The notes under the pieces were generated by a model. The model worked only from the letters and a program-made list of their open reading frames with translations, did not search any database and was not told the origin of the DNA. This document shows, piece after piece, positions 46,570 to 57,049 of a DNA stretch of 64,000 nucleotides. The stretch lies in the IMG/VR virus record IMGVR_UViG_3300035698_029580; one strand, 5' to 3'. Source of the DNA: a virus (lineage: Duplodnaviria > Caudoviricetes). The translations under genes were made by a program, and so were the position numbers. The stretch's first letter is position 1; each line of letters starts with the position of its first letter.

Positions 46570-46959
46570 ATGTTAAGATTTTGGATTAAAATTTTATTGT
46601 TTGTTGGATGGTTGGTGTTTTGTGTTTATATTTTTAATGTTCGTTTGAACTCTAATATTAATAGACAAAGAGAGTATATTGGTCAACTTGAATATCAAGT
46701 ATCAGCATTATCATATGGGATGGAGATAATTCCAGGAGAAATTAAAAATGATGTTTTTATAGCATCTGTTAAGAAGAATTATCCATCTATTGAGAAATAT
46801 CCAGTAGTATTTAAGGTATTAACAGGTATCGTAGTAGAAGATCCAAATGAACCTATAGTTTGGGAACCTATTCCTCTTATGAATTCTTTTTTGAATGGGG
46901 CTAGTATAAAAGAAGGAGATGAAAAATATTTTACATATAATGAGGAAGGAAATAAGTAA
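46570..46959 (+). CDS. Membrane-anchored hypothetical protein
   Basis: N-terminal TM. Confidence 0.7.
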   Translation: MLRFWIKILLFVGWLVFCVYIFNVRLNSNINRQREYIGQLEYQVSALSYGMEIIPGEIKNDVFIASVKKNYPSIEKYPVVFKVLTGIVVEDPNEPIVWEPIPLMNSFLNGASIKEGDEKYFTYNEEGNK

Positions 46960-47939
46960 TGCAATTAGCGATATCACAGAATAGTTGTCATTATAAATTT
47001 TTTGTTAGATTAAAGAAATTTTGGGGAGTGGAAACTGATTTCAAAAGGGTTTCTCTATGTCATTATGCTCACGTTTTATTTTGGGTTGCTTTAGGTACTG
47101 TTTTATTATTGCCAATTTTTTTAATAGGTTGGTTATGGATTAAAGCATTAAGAATGTTTTATGCATTGGCAACATCTATTCAATTAAAAAATGGAAGTAA
47201 AGAAATATCTGAAGGGGGGCATATTCAAACATATATACAGGACTGTTCAGAAAAAATTTCTAAATCTCCTGCTGCAGGTCTTTTAGGATCATTTTGTGGA
47301 GCATTTCTTTTTCTTTGGGTAATATCTATTATTTTTGCAGCAATATTTTTTGGAATATGGGGACTTATTGTGAACATAGGTAAAGTACCTATGGTCTTGG
47401 CTGCTTTTGTTATGGTATTGTCTATTATTACAACATACTTATGTATAATTATTGGGTTGATATTAACTTTAATAGGAACGGGTATAGCAATAGGTGCAAC
47501 TTGGTTATGGACATTTTTAACTGGTGCTGGTATTTTTATTACTTATTTATTGGGAAGTGCTATTGTTGTTGGATTTGTTTTTTACTTTTTATTTTCTAGG
47601 TGTCCTAAAATAACGAACTATTTTACTTTTCGTTATAATGGATTTGAGACTGCAATTAAGAAAAGGAAAGAAAGAAGAAGTCAGATAATAGAGGACAAAA
47701 AAAAGATTGAGTCACAGGTTCCTGTTTGTCCTAACAAATATTTTAAGTTTTTACATAGAACATTTAGTAAACTTATTAATTTATTTTCTGGTACTTTTAA
47801 AAGAACAAAGGGTCAGACTTATGAAGTATTGGGAATATTTCCTACTATATGGTTATTATTAAAAAGTGCCAAGGATGGAGTTTGCCCTATAGTAGAGATT
47901 ATTGATGACAGTGAAAAAGCAGTAGAGATAAAAGAATGA
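46959..47939 (+). CDS. Multi-pass membrane protein
   Basis: Several TM helices; SLC.Y and terminal K..VCP motifs. Confidence 0.75.
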   Translation: MQLAISQNSCHYKFFVRLKKFWGVETDFKRVSLCHYAHVLFWVALGTVLLLPIFLIGWLWIKALRMFYALATSIQLKNGSKEISEGGHIQTYIQDCSEKISKSPAAGLLGSFCGAFLFLWVISIIFAAIFFGIWGLIVNIGKVPMVLAAFVMVLSIITTYLCIIIGLILTLIGTGIAIGATWLWTFLTGAGIFITYLLGSAIVVGFVFYFLFSRCPKITNYFTFRYNGFETAIKKRKERRSQIIEDKKKIESQVPVCPNKYFKFLHRTFSKLINLFSGTFKRTKGQTYEVLGIFPTIWLLLKSAKDGVCPIVEIIDDSEKAVEIKE

Positions 47940-48193
47940 TTAATAATTTATTAATTTTATGGATTGTAGCAGGATTGATAGGATTTGTTCTAAGGCTTTT
48001 TAATAAAGGGACTTATCCTGCTAAAAAATATCTTTGGACATTAGTAATATTTACTCATATTCTTTTTGGGTTTATAGGATTGTTATATGGGTATATTTGT
48101 TATTCTTCAAGATGTAGACAATCCAAAGACGAGATAAGACATAAGTACGACTTTGCCAAAATGAAAGATGGTGTTCGGGGCAAATACACTTAA
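47936..48193 (+). CDS. Small membrane protein
   Basis: Two TM segments. Confidence 0.6.
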   Translation: MINNLLILWIVAGLIGFVLRLFNKGTYPAKKYLWTLVIFTHILFGFIGLLYGYICYSSRCRQSKDEIRHKYDFAKMKDGVRGKYT

Positions 48194-48361
48194 CATTTAA
48201 GATTTTAATAGTTTGATATAAGCATCTTTTTAGGTTTGTAGCCATTGCCTAATTAGGTGCTTTTTTTTGGTCAGAAATATCAAGGTTATATTTAATTTTT
48301 GTCGAAATAAAAGTGGTTAGGAGAAATAAATTTGGGGAAAAGACCAAAAAAGGAGAAAAAG

Positions 48362-49666
48362 ATGGCAACTTATTATGTAGATCCTATCAATGGTAATGAT
48401 TCTAATTCTGGAAGTTCAAGTAGTCCATGGCAGAATCCTTTTATTGTTTTTACTCGTATAAATGCTGGTGACACATTAATCTTAAGACAAGGAGTATATA
48501 CTACTTCTAACTCATGGACATGGAAAGAATATCATGGTGGTACTCAGGATAATCCTGTAAAGATTATTGGAGATGGCAATGTTAAAATTGACAAGAATGA
48601 TATAAATCCCAATGCTTCTTGTTTAAATTTATCGGGTCAGGGACAGCCTATTTATGCTAGTTTTGATAACATTAGTTTTAGTGGAGGATATTATGCCGGT
48701 AGAATAGGTTTATCTTTTGTTGATTTTCGCAATTGTAATTTTTTAAATGCAGGTTACGATGGGTTTAAAGTAATAGGATCTATTGATTTAAACAATGATT
48801 GGAACGTTAATTATGGTAATTTAACAAACTGTCAGATTAGTGGTTTTAATGAAAGTGGAATAGACATAACTGGTGGAGACAACTGGCGTATAAAAGATGT
48901 ATTAATACATAACAACAGGACACTTTTTCCAGGAAAAATAAATGGATTTCTTTGCAAGAACAATGCTAAAAATCTTATTGTAGATAACATTACTATTAGG
49001 GATCTCACTCAAGTTGCTCAAGGAGCATTTGTTCTTGGAGGTTCATGTGATTGTAGTAATATAAATAGATATGAAATAGAGGATCCATCAGTAGATGGAT
49101 TAACTATTGAGAATGTAACGGTTACGGGTCAACATTTAATAGGGATTTGGGCAGCTAAAAATGTATATATAAAAAACACTATTTTAAGAAATTGTCAAGC
49201 AAATTATGGAATTTGGGGTATTTACGAATCTAACAAGCCAGATAATGTAAATATTACCATAGAAGAACCTGTGATAGAAACTTGTAATTTTAATACATTT
49301 TTGAAAGATGACAAAAATATAATTAATATAGTGCCTGTGCCAGTTGACCCACCAGTAGACCCAGATCCACCAGTAGACCCAGATCCTTGTTCGGAGTGCA
49401 ATGAGAAAGTAGATGCTCTTACTACTGTTGTAGAAAATCTTATTATTGAGATAAATGACATTACTATTTCTCAGGATGCTTTAGTTAGTCGTGTTAATTC
49501 AATGGACTTAAAAATCCAAGAAATGGATGCTAAAATAACAGACATGTCTAGTGAACAGGACACTATGAATAATAAGTTGAATGCTTTGAAGACAGAGGTG
49601 GATACTAAAGCAGATGAAAATCATGGTCATTCTGCCGAAACTCAGATTGGTCCGGCTACGGAATAA
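48362..49666 (+). CDS. Right-handed beta-helix (pectin-lyase-like) protein with Pro-rich linker and coiled coil
   Basis: TYYVD...GNDSN.GS...PW, GD.L.L..G.Y, PVDPPVDPDP. Confidence 0.75.
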   Translation: MATYYVDPINGNDSNSGSSSSPWQNPFIVFTRINAGDTLILRQGVYTTSNSWTWKEYHGGTQDNPVKIIGDGNVKIDKNDINPNASCLNLSGQGQPIYASFDNISFSGGYYAGRIGLSFVDFRNCNFLNAGYDGFKVIGSIDLNNDWNVNYGNLTNCQISGFNESGIDITGGDNWRIKDVLIHNNRTLFPGKINGFLCKNNAKNLIVDNITIRDLTQVAQGAFVLGGSCDCSNINRYEIEDPSVDGLTIENVTVTGQHLIGIWAAKNVYIKNTILRNCQANYGIWGIYESNKPDNVNITIEEPVIETCNFNTFLKDDKNIINIVPVPVDPPVDPDPPVDPDPCSECNEKVDALTTVVENLIIEINDITISQDALVSRVNSMDLKIQEMDAKITDMSSEQDTMNNKLNALKTEVDTKADENHGHSAETQIGPATE

Positions 49667-49738
49667 ATGTAACACTCCCCAAGGCAAGTCATGGGGTTTT
49701 CTCAGACATCCATTATAACAAAAACAATAATTATTTTT

Positions 49739-49768
49739 AAAGAGGCACCTTTTAGGTGCCTCTTTTTT
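49739..49768 (+). terminator. Bidirectional-type terminator
   Basis: AAAGAGGCACCT/AGGTGCCTCTTT. Confidence 0.8.
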
Positions 49769-49845
49769 ATAGCAAAGAAGATATTAATTTTTTGTCGAAA
49801 TAAATATGTAAAGAATAAATGTAAGGAAAGAAATTAAATATAAAT

Positions 49846-51264
49846 ATGCACAATAAAATATTTACTAAGAAAAAGGATCAGTTTGTCATAAGGACTCTTG
49901 GGGCTGATGATGTTGATTTATTGGTTGAATTTTTAAGTCTTCTTTCTTCGGAGAGTAAAAGATGGTATAGTCCTCACCAGTTTGATAGAGAAACAGTTAT
50001 TTCTGTTTGTCTCAAAAACAATAGTAATGAAAATATGAATGTTGTGGTGACTCATAAAGATAAAATAGTTGGTTATTGTACTGTTTTTTTTGGTTTAAGA
50101 GAGTGGGACAATAAAAGATATGATGGGACATTGAGTAATAATGAGATTGGAACTATAGCCCCATGTGTTTCAGATGATTTTCAACATCGTGGAATAGGTA
50201 GTGAAATGTTAAAGTACATAATAGAGATGTGTACTGATATAGGAAAAAAGAAGTTAATATTATGGAGTGGTGTGGTTGTTGAAAACAAAAAAGCAGTAGA
50301 TTTTTATGAAAAATTGGGATTTGAGACATATCGTCGTTGGCATCATGAGATACAACATGTTGATTGTTTAGATATGTATTTTAATTTAGAGCCTGACGAA
50401 TCAAGAGAGAATCATTGTAATACTAATATAATGGTTTTAGGTGCTGCTGGTTCTCTAGGGTCTAATTTATCTCAAAAATTATTGTTCAAGGGTTACAGAA
50501 TCACGGCTGTAGATTTTAATGAAAATGAATTAATGTATTTAAGAAGAACATTTGGTATTCCTTGTCATTTACTTAATATTTGTAATACAAAAGAATTGAT
50601 AAGATTAATAGATATTAACAATATTGATGCTGTTATTAATTGTGCTGCTTATAAGCATGTAGAGTGGTGTGAATCTAATGTAATAGATGCTGTTGAAACC
50701 AATATGATGGTAAATTTACGTTTAATGTCTCATTTAAAAGAAATAAAAGAAAAAACAGGCAAAAATAAAAAGTTTGTATTTATTAGTACCGACAAGGCTA
50801 TATCTCCCAAGAACATATATGCATTGACTAAACAGTTTAGTGACTATACAATTAATTTATATGGACACAAATTAGTAAGAGGGGTAAATTTTCTTAATTC
50901 TAAAGGAAGTGTATTGAACATTTGGGATTCTCAAAGAATAAAGAATAAACCTTTTACTCTGGTAAAACAGAATTGTCTTAGATATTTTATAACTATTTCA
51001 GAGATGACTAATTTAGTAACAGAAGCTTTGGAAGACAATACAAATAAAGTAGAATTTACTCCTTCAGTGATATATTTATTGTCTATTAAAAAATTATTTG
51101 AAGCATATATTCTTTACCATGAGATAGAGGATTATAAGTTAACAGAATTTGATTTACCTTCAAATGAAAAGGAAGTAGAGGATTTAGATTTTAGTCCTAT
51201 TATTACTGAGCTTTCTGAGACCCAAGAAATTGTATCTTTGTTGAATCGTACTTATGCTGGTTAA
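49846..51264 (+). CDS. GNAT acetyltransferase fused to CapD/PseB-type NDP-sugar dehydratase
   Basis: FQHRGIGS..AVDFYEKLGF; GAAGSLG, AAYKHV, ISTDKA..P.N.Y..TK. Confidence 0.8.
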   Translation: MHNKIFTKKKDQFVIRTLGADDVDLLVEFLSLLSSESKRWYSPHQFDRETVISVCLKNNSNENMNVVVTHKDKIVGYCTVFFGLREWDNKRYDGTLSNNEIGTIAPCVSDDFQHRGIGSEMLKYIIEMCTDIGKKKLILWSGVVVENKKAVDFYEKLGFETYRRWHHEIQHVDCLDMYFNLEPDESRENHCNTNIMVLGAAGSLGSNLSQKLLFKGYRITAVDFNENELMYLRRTFGIPCHLLNICNTKELIRLIDINNIDAVINCAAYKHVEWCESNVIDAVETNMMVNLRLMSHLKEIKEKTGKNKKFVFISTDKAISPKNIYALTKQFSDYTINLYGHKLVRGVNFLNSKGSVLNIWDSQRIKNKPFTLVKQNCLRYFITISEMTNLVTEALEDNTNKVEFTPSVIYLLSIKKLFEAYILYHEIEDYKLTEFDLPSNEKEVEDLDFSPIITELSETQEIVSLLNRTYAG

Positions 51265-51281
51265 TTTTATATAGGAAAAAT

Positions 51282-52325
51282 ATGACTGATTTTTTTTCAA
51301 ATTTATTGTCGAGCAAACAGTTGCCTTATATTATTGCTGAGGCTGGTGTTAATCATAATGGTGATTTAGAGATAGCTTTAGATCTTTTAAAGCAAGCTGT
51401 ATTGGCAGGGGTGGATTGTATTAAATTTCAGGCGTTTTCGGCTGATGAATTAATTACTAAAGATACTAAAAAAATAGAATATCAAAAACAAACAGGAAGA
51501 AAAAATGAGACTCAGTACGAGATGTTAAAAAGACTAGAATTAACTAAATCAGAATTTGTTCAGATTAAAAAGCAAGCAGATAAATTAGGAATAGATTTTC
51601 TTGTGACACCTTTTTCTGTTTCATGGGCTAAATTTTTACATGAAATTGGAGTGTGGGGATATAAAGTTGGTTCTGGCAATTTAAATGCTATATATTTATT
51701 AGAATATTTAGCAGAAACACATTTACCAATTATAGTCTCAACAGGAATGTCTTCTCTTTCTGAAATAGATTGGATGTTGGACATATTCAAAAGAAAAAAT
51801 AGTAATGATATATCTATTTTACAATGTACTAGTTTATATCCTGCTCATTTTCCACAGTTAAATTTACATGCTATAAATGCTTTAAGAGAGCACACAAAAT
51901 TACCTGTAGGTTTTTCAGATCATACTTCTGATGTAAGGACAGGGGGATTAGCAGTTGCAGCAGGAGCAGTTATTTTAGAAAAACATTTTACTTTAAGTCG
52001 TAATATGGAAGGACCAGATCATAAATCAAGTACAGGTCCAAGAGGAATGAAAGATTATGTTGATTTTTCTAGAGCAGCTTATTCTGCTTTAGGCAATGGG
52101 AAAAAAAATATTTTTGAAGAAGAATTAATTATTAAAAATTTAGTAAGTTTTAGTTTATCGGCTGCCGTAGATATAGAAGCACATAGTTTAATAAAATTGG
52201 ATATGCTTACAGAAAAAAGACCTGCTTCTGGTATTTCTCCTATAAACAGAGAAAAAATCTTAGGGAAAAAAACTAAAGAATTTATTCCTAAGGGACAAAT
52301 CATTGAGTGGAATATGTTTAAATAG
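51282..52325 (+). CDS. neuB: NeuB/LegI-family nonulosonic acid synthase with SAF domain
   Basis: IIAEAGVNHNGD, KFQ, KVGSG, STGM, GFSDHT, EKHFTL..GPDH, KRP.SGI. Confidence 0.9.
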   Translation: MTDFFSNLLSSKQLPYIIAEAGVNHNGDLEIALDLLKQAVLAGVDCIKFQAFSADELITKDTKKIEYQKQTGRKNETQYEMLKRLELTKSEFVQIKKQADKLGIDFLVTPFSVSWAKFLHEIGVWGYKVGSGNLNAIYLLEYLAETHLPIIVSTGMSSLSEIDWMLDIFKRKNSNDISILQCTSLYPAHFPQLNLHAINALREHTKLPVGFSDHTSDVRTGGLAVAAGAVILEKHFTLSRNMEGPDHKSSTGPRGMKDYVDFSRAAYSALGNGKKNIFEEELIIKNLVSFSLSAAVDIEAHSLIKLDMLTEKRPASGISPINREKILGKKTKEFIPKGQIIEWNMFK

Positions 52326-52420
52326 TCATCTTTCTTTTATTTTCCAGCATTATACTCATTTTTCCTATAAGTTAGTGGAAAAGTGCTAAATAACTGGTAA
52401 TATGTTTAGAAAGGTGGTTT

Positions 52421-52837
52421 ATGTCAAAATTTCAATTAAAATTGCATGTAGAGATTAGAAGAAGAAATGAGTGGGAACACTATGATTTTATAAGTTGTTT
52501 CATGGAACAAAATACGTTTAAACATCTTTTAGCTCCTAATTTTACTTCAAAAAAAATATTTTATTTAAATAATTTTATATTTAAATTGGTTAAGGGGCTA
52601 CCTATAAGTGCAAATAGAAAGACATTGGACCATTTTTTTTCTGAAAAAGATAGTTCAATTTATTGTAGTTATATAGGTGGTAAACAAATTGAAGAATTTA
52701 ATTATCATTTAAAAAATAAAGAATTAGACAATGATGATTTATTGGAATTTTTTAATAATTTAATTGAAAAAAAGAAAAATATTGATGATTTTCAAGATAT
52801 GAGGTATGTTTTCTGGCTTATCTTAGACAGCAAATAA
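52421..52837 (+). CDS. Hypothetical protein
   Basis: Behind header motif; R.VFW terminus. Confidence 0.65.
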   Translation: MSKFQLKLHVEIRRRNEWEHYDFISCFMEQNTFKHLLAPNFTSKKIFYLNNFIFKLVKGLPISANRKTLDHFFSEKDSSIYCSYIGGKQIEEFNYHLKNKELDNDDLLEFFNNLIEKKKNIDDFQDMRYVFWLILDSK

Positions 52838-52983
52838 TTAGTAAATTATTTTTCAAGGATTATTGTTTTTTAGGTGGTATTTTAATACTTCTAAAGAAAA
52901 AATTATATCATCGGCACGATAGACCAAAAGAGAACTACAAGATATATGTAGTGTCTCTCTGCCGTTCAAAATAAGGAAAATTA

Positions 52984-53487
52984 ATGAAACAAAATAGACT
53001 GGGTAACATAATTTTAACAGATATAATGATAAATAATATTGTTGAGAGAATATGCCGTAAAATAGAATATTGTTATTTATATCAAAAAGAAGTTATTTTT
53101 ATAATTTTGAATGGAGCCAAAAAATTTGCCGATGACATGAAAAAATATATGAACAACATAAATAAATATAATTTTATTTATGTAGATACTGAGGAAGATT
53201 TTGATAAAAATAGTTATTATTTAAACGGTAAATTTGTTTTAATTATAGAAGATATTTGTAATTCTGGGAAAAAATTAAATAATTATGTTAACAAGGCACA
53301 TTTATGTAAATGTTTAGACATAAAAACTTGTGTATTTATAAAAAGGGACAAAGATACAGTTGAAAATTTATTACTTGATTTTGTAGGAGTAATAGTTAGG
53401 GAAAAAGGTTTTTTAGCTGGTTATGGTTTAAAATCTGAGAATATTTGTGAAGAACTACCTTGTGTTGTGACTGTGGACAAGAATTAA
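52984..53487 (+). CDS. Hypoxanthine PRTase-like (type I phosphoribosyltransferase)
   Basis: ILNGA..F..D, VLIIEDICNSG, FLAGYGL. Confidence 0.75.
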   Translation: MKQNRLGNIILTDIMINNIVERICRKIEYCYLYQKEVIFIILNGAKKFADDMKKYMNNINKYNFIYVDTEEDFDKNSYYLNGKFVLIIEDICNSGKKLNNYVNKAHLCKCLDIKTCVFIKRDKDTVENLLLDFVGVIVREKGFLAGYGLKSENICEELPCVVTVDKN

Positions 53488-53732
53488 TTAAATTCAAAAA
53501 GAGTTTGTCCTGGAATATCTTTGATTTCTTCTTTTTTGGGTTCATCTTGTTCTGTTTTATAAACAGCGTATTCTTTACTAATTATTAATTCTAGATTGAA
53601 TTTCATTTCGCAATTATTGCAAATATAGTCTGCTGAATCATAGTTATTATCTAAATCATCATATATTGTTTGATATAGTTCTTCTGATATTTCTTCATCA
53701 CAGTAGGGGCAATAGATATAGCAATCTTCCAT
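53484..53732 (-). CDS. Zn-ribbon protein
   Basis: CPYC..CNNC; GGAG RBS. Confidence 0.7.
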   Translation of the reverse strand: MEDCYIYCPYCDEEISEELYQTIYDDLDNNYDSADYICNNCEMKFNLELIISKEYAVYKTEQDEPKKEEIKDIPGQTLFEFN

Positions 53733-53852
53733 TTTAATTTCTCCAAAAAATATATTCTTATTATATCATTATATGGTTATTTTTAAAATAGTAAAGGAAA
53801 AAACCTTTAAAAATAGAAATAACTGTAAGGATTGCCCTATAAAGGAAGAATT

Positions 53853-55679
53853 ATGGTTAAACTAGAACAAGGTACTCATACTACTAATAATATGCCTATT
53901 GTTTATCTCTCTGGGCAAACATATCCTATTCGCAAGTATTTAGGTCGGGCTGGGATAGGATTTACTTGGTATGGAGCTAGAAAAATTTGGTGGATGTACA
54001 AAGAAAAATTTAATAATGATAAATTAGAACAATTGAAAAAATTAGGGGTGGATGTATCAGGGTATAATACTTCTTCAATTGCTCCAGAAGGTGCCCCAGA
54101 TGCTCCAGAAGGCAATAAAGTTGTTCCGGAGGGCAATCAGACTATTCCAAAAATAAATCCTTCACAAGAAGAACCTGTGCCTGAAGTAACAAATAAGACA
54201 GATATTGATGAACGCATTGGAAATTCTTATGATCGTGTTCCTGGTGAAAGGTACATGGGATTTAAAGTTAAAACTAACATTTATTCTACTGAATTTAATT
54301 TAAATTTAGAAGGACAAGAAGTTCCTGTAAAAGTTGTATTTGATAGGTCGTACATAAAGGGTAGGCGTAAAATACCAAAATATAGATATAATTTGTTTTA
54401 TAATGGCAATCCTGCATGGAGAGGATCTGTCAATGCTCCTGGTCCTTGGGGAAGTTACAATGAAGATAAGTTGGCATTAGAAATTCCTGAAAAAATTCAA
54501 TCATGGTTGGATAATAATCCCAAGCAGAGTATATCTAGAAATCTTAAATATTTAATTTTAGAAGGAGAAAGAGAACCTGAGTTAACAAAATGGTTAGAAG
54601 AATTTGGTGATATTTATAACGATGAAAAAGCTAAAGAATTTTGGGAACAAAAATTTCCAAAGAAATATATTCATTTAGATGACCCGAGTTATGAAGGTGA
54701 TTATTCTATTAGATTTTCAGATATGGGAGGGGCAATTTACGCATATACTGATATTAATCATGAACTATCTCCTCATTCTCAACATATTTTACGTATACAC
54801 GTAGAACCTCAAGTTCATACTTTTGAAGATTTAAATAAGTTTATAGACGAACAAATAAAAGAGAATAACGAAGAAATACAATCTAAATATTTGAAATATT
54901 TAAAATCTTTTCCATATAAAGAAGAAGAAGAAGAACAGAGTCGAGGACAAATGGATAAAGTAGTTTCTATGATAGGGAAAAATTATGATATTCAATTTTT
55001 CAAAAATAAACTCATAGAATTGGGATATATTCGTCCAAGTAAGAAAGTAAAAAAAGAGTTAAGAACACCAGGATTTGTGCCTCAAGAAGAGATTAAGTGG
55101 GTTTTAGAAAGCAAAAAAATAGTAAATGATGCGTACGCATATACTCAAAGTCCAGATCAATTTTATAGCACAATAGCATATTGGTTACATAGGAAAGTAA
55201 AAAATATTTCTTCTTGGACGGATATGATGCTTAATGATGCTATAAGACATTGGTATAATTTAGCAAAAAGATATGGTTATAATATTAGTGAAGAAAATGT
55301 AGAAAATTATTTTAATAGAATAGCAAGTGAACTTTATAAAGATTTGTTTTACAAAGAACCTCCTAAAACTGTATGGGAAAATTATAAAGATTTTTATGAA
55401 GGAGGACAAGGAAATCAATCAAGACGCAATACTGTTTCTAAAGAAAAATCTTTGGAGGACTTTATTAATTTTGCTATTTCTCTGGGAGTAGATAGATTAT
55501 CAGTCTTATCAAATCCTAAATCTGTATATAGACAATTATCTTTAAAATTACATCCTGATTTAAATCCTAATGACCCAGAAGCAGAGCAAAAATTTATAAG
55601 GCTAAGTGAGTTATATAATAAATTGCCAACTGAGGTAATTAGAGCAAATAATTGGTATGGAAGAATAAAAAGGTCTTAA
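53853..55679 (+). CDS. Large protein with C-terminal DnaJ J-domain
   Basis: YRQLSLKLHPDLNP..AEQKF..L...Y. Confidence 0.75.
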   Translation: MVKLEQGTHTTNNMPIVYLSGQTYPIRKYLGRAGIGFTWYGARKIWWMYKEKFNNDKLEQLKKLGVDVSGYNTSSIAPEGAPDAPEGNKVVPEGNQTIPKINPSQEEPVPEVTNKTDIDERIGNSYDRVPGERYMGFKVKTNIYSTEFNLNLEGQEVPVKVVFDRSYIKGRRKIPKYRYNLFYNGNPAWRGSVNAPGPWGSYNEDKLALEIPEKIQSWLDNNPKQSISRNLKYLILEGEREPELTKWLEEFGDIYNDEKAKEFWEQKFPKKYIHLDDPSYEGDYSIRFSDMGGAIYAYTDINHELSPHSQHILRIHVEPQVHTFEDLNKFIDEQIKENNEEIQSKYLKYLKSFPYKEEEEEQSRGQMDKVVSMIGKNYDIQFFKNKLIELGYIRPSKKVKKELRTPGFVPQEEIKWVLESKKIVNDAYAYTQSPDQFYSTIAYWLHRKVKNISSWTDMMLNDAIRHWYNLAKRYGYNISEENVENYFNRIASELYKDLFYKEPPKTVWENYKDFYEGGQGNQSRRNTVSKEKSLEDFINFAISLGVDRLSVLSNPKSVYRQLSLKLHPDLNPNDPEAEQKFIRLSELYNKLPTEVIRANNWYGRIKRS

Positions 55680-55681
55680 AA

Positions 55682-57049
55682 ATGGGTTGGTATTCTTTAA
55701 AAAAAATATCTCAAGACACATTAGGAGCAGAACCTCTTGAAGAGAAATTTGAAATAGCAGAAGAATATATTCCTTATTTGAAAAAAAAATTAGATAAATT
55801 ACAAAAAAGAGCTTTAAAATTAGAAGTAGAACCACCCCAAATGATGTTGTCTGAACCATATAAAAAGAAATTTAAAGGAAGAACAAAGGAAGCACCTGAC
55901 TATGAGGTTGTGTTCAGAATTGTAACTATAAGTGGCAAAGCTCCGGTTTTAGGAGGATGGCAATTAGCTGGAAGAGTAGTTCATACTCCAGAAGGTAATA
56001 TGTTAAGAACCGCTCCTGGTATCACTGTTCCTGATATTTACAGAACAAATCCACCTATATGTGAACATTGCTGTCAGAACAGACAAAGAAATGATACCTT
56101 TTTAGTTGTTAATGAAAAGGGAGAATATAAACAAGTTGGTAGTTCTTGTTTGGCAGATTTCTTAGGTCATCCAGATCCAAAACAATATGCTAATTATGCT
56201 CAATATCTTTCGGAATTTAGAGAATTAGCTTTTGGATATGAAGGTAAAGATATTAATGATGAAATGGAAGGTTGGGGAAGACAAGGACAAATAACTTTTG
56301 CACCTGTGTCTATTGTTTCTTTAGCCTTAGCTCTTGTTAAAAAAGGTGGTTATCTTTCTAGAACAAAAGCAGATGAATTGTCATTGTCAGGACGACCTGT
56401 TTCTTCAACGGCTGATACTATGACTCAATTTTTATTTCCTAGTCCTAGTTTTGATCCATGGAAAGAATATAATATAACGATTACAGATCAAGATAGAGAG
56501 TTAGCAGAAAAAATAATTGAATGGGCTATAGAACAAGGTAATAAACCAAATCCTTCTCAATATATGTGGAATTTATCTGTGGCTGCTAGAGGTTCTGCTT
56601 CAACAAGAGAACTTGGAATATTAGCTAGTGCTGTTCCCTCTTATCATAGAATGATGGAGAAGAAATTAGAAATAGAAGAAAAGAAAAAAAGCGGAGAATT
56701 AAAAGAAAGTAATTTTATCGGGGAAAAAGGAGATAAAATAATTGCTAAAGTAAAATTTACAGGACAATCAACTTCTGATGGGAATTATGGAACTACTTTT
56801 ATAAGTAGATTTATAGATACTAATGGTAATCGTTTTACATGGTTTGCCAGTAATCAATTACCGGATATAGAAGAAAATGGAGAATTTAAACAAATAGATC
56901 CTGGTATGGAGTTTGTTATCTTTGGAACAGTAAAAGATCATAATACATGGAAGGATATGAGATCTACTATTTTAACTCGTTGTAAAATTCTTACTGATGA
57001 AAAACAAATAAAAAATTATAACAAAAAGGCTACTATTAGTTTATTATGA
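55682..57049 (+). CDS. Conserved phage protein (Zn site plus C-terminal OB-fold-like domain) with WY..SQ leader
   Basis: CEHC...R.R..KQVGSSCL.DF; GTVKDH..T.LTR.K. Confidence 0.7.
   Translation: MGWYSLKKISQDTLGAEPLEEKFEIAEEYIPYLKKKLDKLQKRALKLEVEPPQMMLSEPYKKKFKGRTKEAPDYEVVFRIVTISGKAPVLGGWQLAGRVVHTPEGNMLRTAPGITVPDIYRTNPPICEHCCQNRQRNDTFLVVNEKGEYKQVGSSCLADFLGHPDPKQYANYAQYLSEFRELAFGYEGKDINDEMEGWGRQGQITFAPVSIVSLALALVKKGGYLSRTKADELSLSGRPVSSTADTMTQFLFPSPSFDPWKEYNITITDQDRELAEKIIEWAIEQGNKPNPSQYMWNLSVAARGSASTRELGILASAVPSYHRMMEKKLEIEEKKKSGELKESNFIGEKGDKIIAKVKFTGQSTSDGNYGTTFISRFIDTNGNRFTWFASNQLPDIEENGEFKQIDPGMEFVIFGTVKDHNTWKDMRSTILTRCKILTDEKQIKNYNKKATISLL

Larger units (their letters stand above)
4802..52349 (+). 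promoter_or_regulatory. Dispersed cassette-header/promoter motif TTTTCCAGCA-N16-(AT)TAAAAT, ~54 copies
   Basis: Copies at 4802,4863,4923,5171,6151,6535,7387,11138,11964,13461,15464,15768,16573,19107,19409,19946,21773,22090,22514,23149,23547,24789,25049,25912,26703,27532,27894,28160,28775,29277,29745,30198,30683,31586,31869,32340,32960,33676,33992,34159,34699,34954,35245,35675,36095,36464,36743,36997,37270,37653,37945,38282,46025,52340; nearly all ~35-100 bp upstream of a start. Confidence 0.9.
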
